64,000 bases of DNA. It comes from Octopus vulgaris (Eukaryota). The DNA lies in contig CATOCA020000002.1 of the NCBI GenBank assembly GCA_951406725.2, positions 248,001-312,000 of the forward strand, in the 5' to 3' direction. The stretch's first letter is position 1, and each line of letters starts with the position of its first letter. Position numbers and translations under genes: made by a program. Of the stretch, positions 12,035 through 25,044 are shown piece after piece. The notes under the pieces were generated by a model. That model worked only from the letters and a program-made list of their open reading frames with translations, was not told the origin of the DNA and made no database searches.

Positions 12035-12138
12035 TTGCCACCTAAATGTGGCTAACCACTAAGGGTGGATGCTACTGTAGCTTGTAGTCCCAGGAGAACA
12101 TCTTCTCCAGCTGGCTATTGACACGCTTTCTGTGCCCT
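12035..12138 (-). repeat. Diverged fragment of the 352-bp hammerhead repeat family
   Basis: Aligns by eye to 24846-24950 (GCCA..TGTGGCTA.CCACT..GGGTGG...CCCAGGAGA...TCTCCAGCTGGC...GACAC...GTGCCCT). Confidence 0.7.
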
Positions 12139-12153
12139 ATACATATATATACA

Positions 12154-12205
<52 letters not shown>

Positions 12206-12353
12206 CACATATATATATATATTAATAATATATGTATATATATATACACACATATATATATCAATAATATATGTATTATGTATATATATATAGATATATC
12301 ATATATATATATATCAATAATATATATATATATACACATATATATATCAATAA

Positions 12354-12391
<38 letters not shown>

Positions 12392-12436
12392 TAGATAGCT
12401 AGATATATAAATAATATATATATGTATATATATATA

Positions 12437-12730
12437 TCTACATACTGAAAAACTGGGAATGTGTGTCTGTCTGTATGTGTGCATCATTAAAACTTGAGAA
12501 TTACTCACAAAATTTCCTTCAAATTTTACACATGCCTTATTTAGGCTCCATGCAGTGTCATGGGCAAAAACATTTTTCAACTTCTTGCCTGATGTGAGCC
12601 TGGAACAATCTCTCACCTATTACACTGTTTCAGTATTACATGTCAAAAATGAAACAATAACATCTCTAGTGAAATATGAAATACTTTCACTATCAATACT
12701 GAAACTATTAAAAGTAAAACTATTATCACA
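12437..12730 (+). mobile_element. Helitron 5' terminal fragment
   Basis: Similar to Helitron heads at 55037 and 58258 (AAACTG.GAATGTGTGTCTG...AAAACTTGAGAA...CAAATTTTACACATGCCTTA). Confidence 0.75.
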
Positions 12731-12762
12731 CATACATGCATACATACATATATGTGTGTATC

Positions 12763-14310
12763 AAACTATATGGTAATACTGATGACTGCATCAGTGCGGC
12801 CTCATTCTCCCGCGAACAACTAGACTCCTTCCTCTCTTTTGTCCAATCCTTCCATCATGCCCTCAAATTCTCCTGCACCATTTGTAACACTTCCATCGCC
12901 TTTCCTGACATTTTGGTCAACATACACAACTCCGCTCTCACTACCTCCATCCACTACAAACACATCGACTCACACTCATATCTCAACTTCTCCTCCTCCC
13001 ACCCTACAAACCCAAGCTCTCCATCCACTAATTCCAATTCCTCCGTCTGCGCAGACTCTGCAGTGACCACCAAAACTTTGAGGCTCAGACTCAACTCATG
13101 GCTCGCCACTTCATCCTTCGTGAATAACCCCTCACCACTATCCCCTTGCCAGAGAATGTTCCGTGGACCGTGCTCCTGCTCTCTCCTCGCACCCGCCCCA
13201 CCATTGTCCATTTCCCATTTGCCCTCACCTACCAGTCCTCCACTGCACCATTCTCGGAGCCTACCAGCAACTCCAGTCCGACCCCCACCATTTTGCTCAA
13301 CCTACCCCTTCACTCCTTCAAACAAGCCCACAACCTATGTGACCTTCTGGTCCACAGTTTCTTTCCTAACCCCACCTCCCAGCCTGGCTCATTCCCTGCT
13401 CCCACCCACACTGCCGCACTTGCCCCTATCTCTCCAATGCTACCATCCTCACAGGCACCCATCATCGACCTTATTATATCACTGACTCCTTTACTTGCAC
13501 TTCTAGGAACATCATTTACTGCATCTCCTGCTCTTTCTGGCCTTCTCTGTACATTGGACAAATGGGACGCTGCTTGGCTGACCAGTTCGTGGACCACCTC
13601 TGAGATACTAGACTTGGCAATGACACCCTGGTCTCATGCTATTTCTGCTCTACCAGTTATTCATTACAACAGTTGTCTGTGTCTGGATTTTCTTTGCACA
13701 GGGGCCATCCGGACTGTTGCCTTCGCCATGAACAGGAATTAATCTTCTCTCTTCACTCCTTTGTGCTACAGGGTCTCAACTCCCCTTCTCTCTTCCTTTA
13801 GCACCTACTTCTTCTCTTCACACCTACCCACTTCTCTTCTCTTGTCCTGACACCTACTTCCTCTCTCACTCCTACCCACCTTTTTCCTCCATCCACACCA
13901 CCCCTCCAGACCATCACCCCACCCTACATCCTCACATTCCCACACCACACCACTTCCCAGCACCCACACCATCACCACACACCCACACATTAGTCGCATA
14001 CATACACGCACACATTCACATGTCAATCACCAGGTCCCTATCCACACACACTTACTTTCACATACACACATGCACATGCACCTTCATTTTGGGATCACCA
14101 GTACTTTATCATCTCCCCTTCTTCCTAGCTCTCCTGTCCAACTATCTTTTTCTAACCAGTCGCCATAAGTGGCCGCTAAATCCACAAGTTTTTTTCTTTT
14201 ATTCTCTCTCCGTTTATTTCCTCGTGTTCCATTCTGTTGAAGAGCACATGCTCGAAATGTAGACTTTCTCACCTTACTGAGCATCAGCCTGATACATCTG
14301 CCCTTAGTTT
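12763..14310 (+). mobile_element. Decayed Neptune-type PLE (RT C-terminus, GIY-YIG, C-rich 3' UTR, terminal hammerhead-like motif at 14230-14266)
   Basis: FPDILV...TTSIHYKHIDSHSYLNFSSSHP; same family as 38975-40870; CTGTTGAA-GAGC-ACAT-GCTC-GAAA. Confidence 0.8.
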
Positions 14311-16630
14311 TTCTGTATATACATGTGTATATAGTTCTGCATATATATAAGTATCTATATATATATACATGTATATGTATAGATGTACATGTATACATGT
14401 ATATAGATGTATGTATAGAGATTTATATGCCTATATCTCTATATATATACATACATATATGCGTATATATATTTGTATGTATTTTTTTTTATATCTGGTT
14501 TCAGCTCACGAGCTGTGACCACGCTGGGGCACTACCATTTAGTGTTGTTACATAATTTTACTTCACGAATGCTTTTTAGGAATTGACATTTGGTGCATGA
14601 GGGAGTTTAATGCCGCTGCCCTCAACTGCACCTCCTGCTGCGAAGTTGGTTCATCTGGGACACTTGACAGTATGAGATCCAGCTTTATTTTGAAGACACC
14701 TACATCCACCCCATGCAGGTCTCTTAGGTCCTTCGGGAGGATATTGAAGAGCTGTGGAGCTCTGAAACCTGGACTATTACAGCATCTTGTCCTACATATT
14801 GATGGCAAATTTGGAGTCCTTGGCCACGCCCAGTTCTAGTATTTGTGTAACTCTCGATGCCAAAATTTGGGACAAGTCCTTTCAGATGTATATTATGGCA
14901 TATCTTTCTCGCTTATGCTCTAAGGAAAAGAGTCTTAATCTCCTGAGTCTTTCCCAGTAGCTTATATGCTTCATAGAGACTATCTTCTTCATGTAGCTTC
15001 ATTGGATTGCCTCAAGTTCTATGATTAACTTGACACTGGTTGGTGACCATAGCTGAGAGCAATAGACAAAGTGGCTTAGGACAAATGTCCTCCAGAGGAC
15101 CATGATGGTTTCCTGATCTCTTGTTCTAAAAGTTCTAAGAATCCATCTGTTCAGCCGCCAGCATTTCATTGCCAATTTAGCAACACACACATGGAACGAT
15201 GCAACATTACTCATGTAAATGCCGAGGTCTAGCACTGACTATGCCTCTGGGATTGCAATCCTTCCAGGTCCAGTGTATTTAATGGGTATTGCACTTAGTT
15301 TTGCATGCCGATTGCACAAGGCTCACTATTTGTGTGTCATTGGAGGTGGCCTCATTGGTTACTACCACCTGACTTCGATCCTTCAGAAAGTCATGAAGCC
15401 ATTCTCCCAATTTTCCAACTATGCTAAGATCACGCAGTTTGTGACATATCATTCCATGATCGACTTTATCAAAGGCCTTTGCAAAGTTGAAATATATCAC
15501 TTCCACATTTGAGTGGTTGAACAGCTGTTTCAGTACCCAGTCATAGTGTTGTAAGAGCTGAATCAAGCAGCTTCTTCCTGGTTAGAAACCATGTTGTGCG
15601 TCAAGCAAGTCATTTTCTTCAGTTTTCTTCTGACTATTCATTCCATTACCTTGCTGATGTGCGAAGTCAGAGAGATAACCTGTAGTTCTTAGCCTCTGCT
15701 CCGCTACCTCCTTTATGAATAGGGCATATTTTACCCTCCTTCAGTTTTCTTGGAAGTTTGCCAATTGCAAGGAAGCTCTGAAAGAGTAACTGCAGTGGTC
15801 TTGCTAGGACTCGCTTACATACTTTTAGAAGGATTGCTGGAAATCCATCAGGGCCAGAAGCTGAGTTTGGGTTCATTTCATCTATAGCCCTTCCTTTATG
15901 TTGATGTAATCGATCATCACTGCCTTTGTTTTTATATCTGCAGTGGTAAAGAAGTCAGTTGGATAGCTAACTTACAAGTGTCCTAGGGGTGGAGTGAAAA
16001 TACTTTTGAACTGCTCATTTAGTATTTCAATTATTCTCATTGGGTTTCCTGTGAGTGTACCATGTTTTCGAGGAATGATCTTATCCTGCAGTGCACTGAA
16101 GCTGTTTCTTTGGCAAACTTGTAGAAAGCTCTGGGGTTAGATTTTATATTGTCAATAGCCCAGGCTTCTTTGTCTGCTCTTTCTTTTTCATGGGAGATTT
16201 CCATTTTTTTTTCAATTTCCAGAAGTTGTATTTTCAGATGGGACTTTTCACTACTTACAATTTGTTTGTTTAGGCAATTTGAAACTTTTGTACGCCATCT
16301 CATAAGAATTTTCCTCTCCCTGGGGATTTTGTTCTTGTGTACAGTGAGTGGTCTTTCTCTTCAGGACACATTTGTAGCATATAGCTTGCCTTACAGACAT
16401 GAATTGTTGAAGTTGCAAGTCGATATCTGGTGAGGAGAGACATTTAGGCCAGTTCTGTTTGAGGACCTCTTTCTCAATTTGTTTCCAGGTTGCTTTATGG
16501 AAGTTAAAGCTGGAAAGATTCTGAGAGTTTCTTGTAGGCTGCATGTCCATGGTTTCCTTTGGTCCGTACATGGTCAGCTCTACCATGTTGTGATCTGAGA
16601 GTAGCGTCAGATCACATTATGGATGAGATC

Positions 16631-17684
16631 TGTAGCATAGCTGATATCCTCACTGTTTGAGAGACACATTAGGAATGATCTCGTTTGAGATTACAACCAT
16701 CTTTGGCTAGTTTGACCCTGTTGTGTCCACTGATCTGATTGGTTAGCATCTAGCGCGGTCTGTCTCTCTACTTATTTCACACCAGTGTGTAAAGCCAACC
16801 AATCACGGCCTTTAGATAAGGTCTCGTGACACTGTGTGTCAGACACCCTGTTTTGAGCCATTTTTACCCTTTAAATAAGCCAGTTTTCACTATTCTAGGT
16901 CTTTCAGCTTCAGACCTTTTAAGGTCTAGTCACTGACCACAGAGCTACTCAGCCATGTTCCAGTTCCAGTGACAGACGACCAGCCAGCCAACCATGCTAA
17001 TGCTCCAGCTATGAAGATGCTATATTACACCAGTGACAGACAGAATGTTTTCCATCTCTGCTGCCGTCATCACCATCGTCATCTCTATCTCCGTCGATTT
17101 CAACTTGTACACATCAACAACTACACAGGTTTAACTCATGCTATTTGTGTGAATCTTTCAGTGAGGAAAAACAGTTAGCCTACCTGAAGAACTATCTATA
17201 TCAAGAGATTCGGCTCGGCAAAGAAGCCCCAACCGCTGCCTGCATGACATGTGCCTCAACTGGCCTCCGCCTCGAGACCCCCAACATCTTGTTATAGAAC
17301 TTACTATTGTGTACCTCATGAACTGGTAAACTAACTTTATCTTAACTCAATATGCTGAGAATTATCTTATGCTCTGTATTTCTGTTGTATATGCATACAC
17401 CTTTGTCTGTACCTTCTGTTGCACACACGAACACACAGACACAAATACTATGTGCACGCATTCATACACAACACTACGCTAGCACTCATAACACTTTCAC
17501 ATTGTACACTGTGTAAATAAAGTTTTCTCTCTCAAACAGTAGAATAGCTTGTCGTCCTTCATTACATCTTTTGGCACTGTATGTTATATTATGTATATGG
17601 CATGTTATTATGTTAGGGACGACTGTGCAGTGTATAAAAGGAGACATTTATCCCCAACTCCTTACGTATGGTCGTATTCCTACA
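16631..17684 (+). mobile_element. Solo LTR (1054 bp), Gypsy-like, with GATC target-site duplication
   Basis: TGTAG...CTACA termini; GATC on both sides; AATAAA at 17516; removing it rejoins the LINE endonuclease reading (FTNNMD|LIHNV). Confidence 0.85.
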
Positions 17685-18284
17685 GATCCATATTATTTGT
17701 GAAGCAGAGATCCAGTATGTTACCTGCCCTGGTTAGTTGGAGTACTATTTGTTCTATGTACAAAGTGTTGATGAGGTTTAGGAGGGACTTCACCTGTCCT
17801 TGTTCGTATTGTGTCATTCCTTAGAGAGAAAGGACCTCAGGCCATCTGACATTGGGCAGATTGAAGTTTCCCATAAGAAGTACACTCATGTGTTGTTCTA
17901 ATGTGACTAGAACTTCTGTTTGTAAGGCAGTCTTCAAACTTGCCTACATGATTCAGAGCATCTGGAGGGTGACATGTAGCACATATAACTACATCAAGTT
18001 GTCTTATATGTACAATTAGTATCACATACTGAATTTAAGTGTGATAAAAGGACCTGGGGTGTGAGGTCTTCACGGATGTACATAGCAACTCTACCATGAC
18101 TCCTTTCTTTCCTGTCGGTCCGTAACACAACATACTGTGGTATGTGTATTTCCGCATTTGCTATATCTGGTTTCAGGTGTGTTTCCATGTGTGCTATGTA
18201 TGCATAAGGCTTGACTGCATGCAACAAGGCCTCTCAAGAAAGGGATTTTTGTCCTGTTACTAAGTGTTAACAGTCTGCAGATGT

Positions 18285-18974
18285 TCAGTAACAGCGCCGA
18301 TGTGATGTGTGTGTTGTTGCCAGTGGTGTCCACCTTGGGTCTATTTGCTGTGGTGGTCTTGTGTATTGGGGATAGTCCAATCTGCGAGATTGATGTAGCC
18401 AGGTCAGCTGCTGTACAATCTTTTGTGCCATGCAGAAAAAAGATTGTTGTTCAGCAGCTGCCCTTTCAACAACATGTTGATAAGTCTGGTTTGTAGCACA
18501 CACTACATCTGCATACCTCCGTTTTGGGGCAGGTGATGCGTAGTCCTTTCCTTTTGACAGGTGGTTTCTGCCCTGTTTCATGTTTATGTGGCAGAGTCTT
18601 TGGTGTGCAAAATGGCAGCTTGCACCTTCTCCATGCCAGCAGACACCTATAAAGTAGAATTTGCACATTCGTGTGTGCTGTCTCTTTTTATCCTTTTTGT
18701 TATATGAGTGGCCAGGTTTGCTTCTTTCTTTGGCTGTTTCATCTTTTGTTTTTGTTTTAGTTTTTACTTCTTTTAGATGTTCTTCCTTGGTTCTTTCACC
18801 TCCATTGTTTTTCGTTTTTATGGTGATGGTGGCACTTTCACTTGGGTTTACTTTCTGGGCAGGTTTCTTGCTTGAATCCTCTTCTTTGATTTCTTGAGTG
18901 GGAGTGACATCTTTCATCTGCATCCATACCTCCATCCTTGTCATCTTTGCTGTGTTCATTATCAAAGATGGCAT
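18285..18974 (-). pseudogene. LINE ORF1 remnant with CCCH zinc finger
   Basis: CKFYFIGVCWHGEGASCHFAH preceded by a K/E-rich region, immediately upstream of the APE domain. Confidence 0.7.
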
Positions 18975-19070
18975 CAGGAGTGCTGATATGCAATTGTATG
19001 AGAGTGTAGGAGTGTGTAAACTCCTGCTTCTTTCATTCTATCTGTGCTAATGTTCTGGTGTAACCTTGCC

Positions 19071-19195
19071 CTTCAGCACAGCTGTGATTATGTTGTTTGG
19101 GTTATCTCCTTCAGCACATCTGTGATTATGTTGTTTGGGTTATCTCCTTCAGTGCAGCTGTGATTATATTGTTTGGGTCATCTCCTTCAGCACAG
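19071..19195. repeat. Tandem repeat, ~38-bp unit x3, upstream of LINE ORF1
   Basis: CTTCAGCACAGCTGTGATTATGTTGTTTGGGTTATCTC and two variants. Confidence 0.85.
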
Positions 19196-19574
19196 TACCA
19201 GGCTCTGAAAAAGAATGCCAATTCCATGCTCCTCTCTCTCTGTCTGAACCCTTCTCCACTGGTGGTACCCTCTATTATACCTGCAATCACCCTCTACTTG
19301 GACAAACACAACCAGTTTCCAGTTGACCCCCTCCTAACCTAACATTGGAATATCCCTATTTCTGATACACTGCTTAAATCTACATCATTCGATAACCATA
19401 ATGCATAAGCTTACAACACTGCTAACATCGGTTCCTACTTCCAGTAGGGGCAACAATCTTAACATGCTTGAATGTTGTCAAGTCAGAAGAGAGATCAGAT
19501 GAAGCATGCCCAAAAAACGAACACCACAAAAACTATTTTCTTTTCAGGCACTGAATAACATCCCTCCTCCCCAC

Positions 19575-22500
19575 ATTACTTTCTAGTTTTCAGAATTGGC
19601 ACTGTCAATGTTGGCACACTGTAAGGTAGGTCTAGTGAGATTGTAGAAATGCTTGAAGGAGACGGGTTGATGTATGCTGCATACAAGAAGTAAGATGGAG
19701 AGGAGCTTCAGCTAGGGTCCCAATAGACAAGGCACATGGGTATAAAGTATTCTAGCAAGGTAAAATGGATGGTGTAGGAGTGTTGCCATACTCCTTGCAG
19801 AGAAATGGGTGGATAAGGTCATAGAGGTTGTCAGGGTATGAGATTGAGTGCTTAAGCTCAGGCTAGTTCTACAGAACAGCACAGCTATAATTATCTCTGC
19901 CTACACCCCACATGCGGGGCTACCAAATGATCAGGGGAACCACTTTTATGATACCCTTGTACGGGCTACCTCAAAGACAAGTGGCAATGACCTCATCTTT
20001 GTGGCTGGAGACTTTAATGGGCAGGAATCTGCTATCTTCACTAGGGTACATGGTTGCCATGGTATTGGCACCTGAAACGATGAGGGAACTAAGCTACTGA
20101 AGTCCTGTGATGCATGTAACCTTTTAATCTGCAACACTAACTTCGGGAAGCCAGACAGCCACCTTATAACCTATCAGTCAGGGAACTCTGCTAGCCAGAT
20201 TGATTTCATCCTCACCAGGCTGCGAGATGCAGGGTTGCTCTTAAATACAAAGATCCTCCCTGGTGAATAATGTACCCCCCAGCATAGGCTAGTCATTAGT
20301 GACTTTAGGCTCGAGGCCAGAAGGATACCAAGAAACAGACCAATACAGAAAAGGATTTGGAAGCTAAAGAACATCCGCATCAAGAAATTTGATGAAAGTG
20401 GGGAGGAGCTACAGACATCGGACATAGAAGGTAGCTGGAAACTCCTATGGGACAGCTTGCTGAGTACCACAGACCTAGTCTGCAGTTGGTGCAAAGTCCC
20501 TTCCAGACCTAGAGTTACATGGTGGTGGAATTGTATAATAGAAAGGATGGGGGTAGCAGGGAACTGTACCAAGTAGCCAAAAAGGAGGCTGGGCGGCAGG
20601 AATACATAACGAAGGGCGAAGCAGAAAAGAAGTTTGCCAATGTCCAGCAACATGAGGAACAAAGAACTGAAGTATTTCGGATTGCTAGACAGTGTGTGAG
20701 AGAAAATTGTGATGTCACAGGAGAGAAATGCATCTGCATGGATGATGGTGCACTTGCCTTCAATATTTATGAAAAGAAAGAGGCTTGGAGAAGCCATTAT
20801 GAGAGACTGCTGAATGTGGAGAATGAATGGGAGGAGAAGAGCCTGCCAAATGTTGATACATTAGAGGGACTAGCTATCCCAATAGACAGCTCCCTATTAG
20901 ATAAAGCAATTAAGGGTATGAAGTCAGGAAAAGCCCCCGGCCCATCAGGAGTCACTGCTGAGATGCTTAAAACATCTGGTGGTGTGGGCTATGGCCTAGT
21001 CACCCACACTATAAACTAGGTAGTTCATAATGGAGTCATACCCAATGACTGGCGTAGCAGCACCATAGTCAACTGCTACAAGGGTAAAGGTGATGCTCAA
21101 GATAGAAATAACTACAGGGGTATCAAACTGCTGGATCAGGTGATGAAGGTCATGGAGCAGGTCATAGCCCAAGTAATTAGGGAGAGAGTCTGCTTCGATG
21201 AGACGCAGTTTGGTTTTGTCCCGGGTAGAAGCACCACTGATGCCATATTCCTGGTTAGACAATAGCAGGAGAAATACCTAGCTAAAGATAAACCATTCTA
21301 CTTGGCTTTTGTGAACTTGGAGAAAGCCTTTGACAGGGTCCCCTAATCTCTTATCTGGTGGGCGATGCAGAAACTGGAGATTTACGAATGGTTAATAAAG
21401 GCTGTACAGGCCCTATACAGAGAGGCCATAAGTAAGGTTAGGATTAGCAATGGGTATAGTGAAGAAAACCAGGTAAAAGTAGGCATCCACCAAGGTTCAA
21501 CCCTCAGTCCCCTTTTATTCACCATAGTCCTCCAGGCAATAACAGAGCAATTCAAGATGGGTTGCCCCTGGGAGCTCCTCTATGCTGATGATCTGGCCCT
21601 CATAGCAGAATCCCTACCGGAACTAGAAAAGAAATTTCAGGTGTGGAAGCTAGGTTTAAAATCAAAAGGCCTTAGAGTCAATGTAGCAAAGACCAAAGTC
21701 CTAGTAAGTAGGAAGGCAAACACACCACACACACCCTCAGGTAGGTGGCCCTGCTTGTTCTGTAGAAAAGGCGTAGGTAGAAACTCCATAAGATGTACCC
21801 AGTGTAAGCTATGGACACATAAGAGGTGCAGCACCATCAAAAGAAAATTTATCGAGAAGATAGCTTTCGTGTGCGGCAGATGCACAGGGGCAATAGACAC
21901 CACAGATACTCAGAAAACAGATTCCATTACACTTTAGGGGAAGAAACTAGAAGTAGTTGATAGTCTCCACTACCTAGGTGACCAAGTTAGTAGTGGGGGG
22001 GGGGATGCTCAGTGAGTGTTACCACTAGAATAAGAATAACCAGGGCAAAGTTTAGAAAGCTTCTACCCCTACTGGCGACAAAGGGTCTCTCGTTCAGAGT
22101 GAAAGATAGATTGTATGATACATGTGTGCGAACTTCCATGCTTCACGGCAGTGATACATGGGCTTGCGACTGCGGTGGACATACGTAAGCTTGAAAGAAA
22201 TGAAGCTAGCATGATCTGCTGGATGTGTAATGTCAGTGTCCATGCACAAGAGAGTGTAAGAGCCCTGAGAGAAATGTTGGACATAAGAAGCATCGGATGT
22301 GGCATGCAGGAGAGACGTTTGCATTGGTATGGTCATGTACTACGGATGGATGAGGAGAGATGTGTGAAGAAGTGCTACTCCCAAACTGTTGAAGGAATCC
22401 AGGGTAGAGGTAGACCCAGGAAGACATGGGATGAGGTGGTCAAGTATTACCTTCGAACGTTGGGCCTCACCGAGAGCTCTGGAGATATGCTGTGACTGTG

Positions 22501-23137
22501 AAGACTCGACAAATGAAGTGAGTTCATGGCTTGCAGGATGGCCTGCTGTGCAAACCTTGGATCGTAGGGCGGCCTGCTGTACTTGAGGAGACCTATTGAG
22601 TCAAATACATCAACATCAAAATAAAAATCAAATGGATATTGTAGTTGTGATACCCGTGCAGGTGGCATGTTGGGCCTCACAGAGGAAATGACGAAAGATC
22701 GAGACATCTGAGATATGCTGTTACTGCGAAGACCCAACAAATGAAGTGGGTTCATGGCTCGCAGAACAGCCTGCTGTACTAACCTTGGATTGTAGAATGA
22801 CCCGCTGTGCTTGAAGAGTGCTACTGAGTATATCAACATCAAAGCACCATCCAAACATGGCTGATGCCAGTGCCACGTGACTGCCATCCGTGTCGGTGAC
22901 ATGTAAGATGCACGAAGTGATCATGGCCGTTTGCCAGCCTCCTCTGGCCCCTGTGCCGGTGGCACGTAAAAAGGACCCACTACACTCACAGAGTGGTTGG
23001 CGTTAGGAGGGCATCAAGCTGTAGAAACACTGCCAGATCAGACTGGAGCGTGTCACAGCCTCCTGACTTCCCAGACCCCAGTTGAACCGTCCAACCCATC
23101 CCTGCATGGAAAACAGACGTTAAACGATGATGATGAT
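19575..23137 (+). mobile_element. Near full-length decayed RTE LINE (APE, RT, PHD finger), (GAT)n tail
   Basis: IGTVNVGTL, AGDFNG, GKAPGPSG, HQGSTLSPLLF, LLYADDL, RGRPRKTW; several stops and frameshifts. Confidence 0.92.
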
Positions 23138-23195
23138 GTATATATATATATATAACGATGATGTATATATATATATATAAACGATGATGATGATG

Positions 23196-23227
<32 letters not shown>

Positions 23228-23240
23228 CACATATATATAA

Positions 23241-23326
23241 TTGTCACATATTATTTTACAGATAAATTCCTCTATTTACATATTATTGAGGTCTCTTTCT
23301 TTCTTTTGTTATCTTACCGTTTTTTA

Positions 23327-23388
<62 letters not shown>

Positions 23389-23480
23389 GGTGCCCCAGCA
23401 TGGACACAGCTCATGAGCTGAAACTAGATGAAATGATGAAATGAAATATATATATATTTATATATATATATGTATATATA
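23241..23480 (+). repeat. Composite: Naiad PLE terminus + (TA)n + CR1-group LINE terminus + (TGAAA)-type tail
   Basis: 23241-23330 is the reverse complement of 34380-34470; 23385-23480 matches 33762-33850. Confidence 0.8.
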
Positions 23481-23512
23481 TTTATATATATGTATATATT
23501 TATATATACATA

Positions 23513-24689
23513 CTAGCAGTATCGCCCGGCGTTGCTCGGGTTGTAAGGGAAATAACTATATAAGCATTTTTAGAGAGTTATAGCCAAAAAATAGCAAAAA
23601 AATGCATTAAAAATTGAAAAAAAATTAAGGTAAATTTTTTTTTAAAATCGTTGACACATCGTAGATATTTTTAGAGAGTTACTTCCCTTATATAAAAGCG
23701 AAAAAAATGCATTAAAATGGAAAAATATGATGGTAAATTTTTTTAAAATCGTAGACTCATCGTAGACGTGCGCTAATACCCAGAAGGGCTCGATATGAAT
23801 CACGACTATAAGATACCCGCTTTTGGTTAAACTGCACCGCAAAATGTGGGAGTAGTTACGAATCTAAATCGAAGGGGACAGACACACAACTTCACTCTTA
23901 TATAAAGATGCTTTTTTTTTTCAGTCATAGAGTTAGATTTATGAAGGTCTTCAGTAGAAAATCCTTTGAATTGTGACTCACTGCTTGATATAATGAAATT
24001 CGTATCCATTTTTTGTCAGAATTACAAATTTTGAAAACACAATAGGAACAAATTTCGGAAAAAAATCTCCCATAATTCACGGAATTAAAATTACACTTCG
24101 ATTTTTGTACAAAACTGTATTTGAAGTGTTTATGAAGTATAATACGTGTTTTCACGAATGTACTAAAGAGATTTACTCTGATATTCTCATTTAAATATGA
24201 ATAGGTAAATTCGGGCGGTTTGGTAACGAAAGGGTTTATATAAGTGTCGTCTGTTTATACATAAACACTGTTTCATACTTTCAGTTTAATCTTCCTCAAA
24301 TCACTCTGTCGCTAATTTACTCTCTTCCAAGAACATTTTCACTTACTCTTATCTGTTAGCTTCCCATACATTTTACTCATGTATCTATCAGCATGATAGA
24401 CAGAAACAAATATTACATCTAGTTTCACTTTATTCGTTGCACACTGTGTGTGTGCGTTTGCGTGTGCTGTAAACCAGACTAAGAAAAGCATTTGACATAC
24501 ACACCAGAATGTGAGTTTTCTGTAAATTTTGCTTAATTGGAGTTTAAATTTTAAAAACCGGACCTGGCATGACCCGATGCATTCTACTCTTAAAAATGCT
24601 AGGTAAATTGTAATTGAAGAAATCCTATATTGTAGATTTCTATAACTTACAAAGGGAGGCAGATAAAATCTGCCTTTTATAATAAGAGA
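23513..24689 (-). mobile_element. Non-autonomous composite Helitron (two 5' heads, at 24689 and 23908) enclosing a piggyBac end
   Basis: Minus-strand 3' end CCCGAGCAACGCCGGG hairpin then CTAG|T; 5' ends TCTCTTATTATAAAAGG and TCTTTATATAAGAGTG; 23910-24235 nearly identical to 62510-62878. Confidence 0.8.
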
Positions 24690-24999
24690 TATATTTATAT
24701 ATATGTATATATTTATATATATATATATTTATATATATGTATATATTGATATATATATATATATTTATATATAGATATTATATATATATATATGTATTAT
24801 ATATTATATGTATATATATATATATATATATAACGTAAAGTGTACTAGCCATCTGAATGTGGCTAGCCACTGGGGGTGGGGTGTTACTGACGCTTTTAGC
24901 CCCAGGAGATCAACGTCTCCAGCTGGCCTTAGACACAATTTCAGTGCCCTTGTGTTATTTGCAAAGGGAGGTCATCCTCCCTCGAAAACCTAAGTGATA

Positions 25000-25044
25000 C
25001 ATACGGACTATAGTTTCAAGGTATTTGCCTCTCGTCAACGCATG
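25000..25044 (-). ncRNA. Minimal type I hammerhead ribozyme, fully paired copy
   Basis: CATGCG-TTGACGA-GAGG-CAAATA-CCTT-GAAAC-TATA-GTC-CGTATG (U3 variant core, palindromic helix III). Confidence 0.85.

Larger units (their letters stand above)
14495..19200 (-). mobile_element. Near full-length decayed CR1-group LINE (ORF1 with CCCH zinc finger, APE endonuclease, RT), split by a solo LTR
   Basis: ORF1 18285-18974; APE motifs ETHLKPDI...RTDRKERSHGRVAMYIRE and LDLCFTNN...SDHNMV; SASGPDGFP; FAKAFDKVDHG; YCSQLWSP; terminal hairpin CAGCTCGTGAGCTG. Confidence 0.9.
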
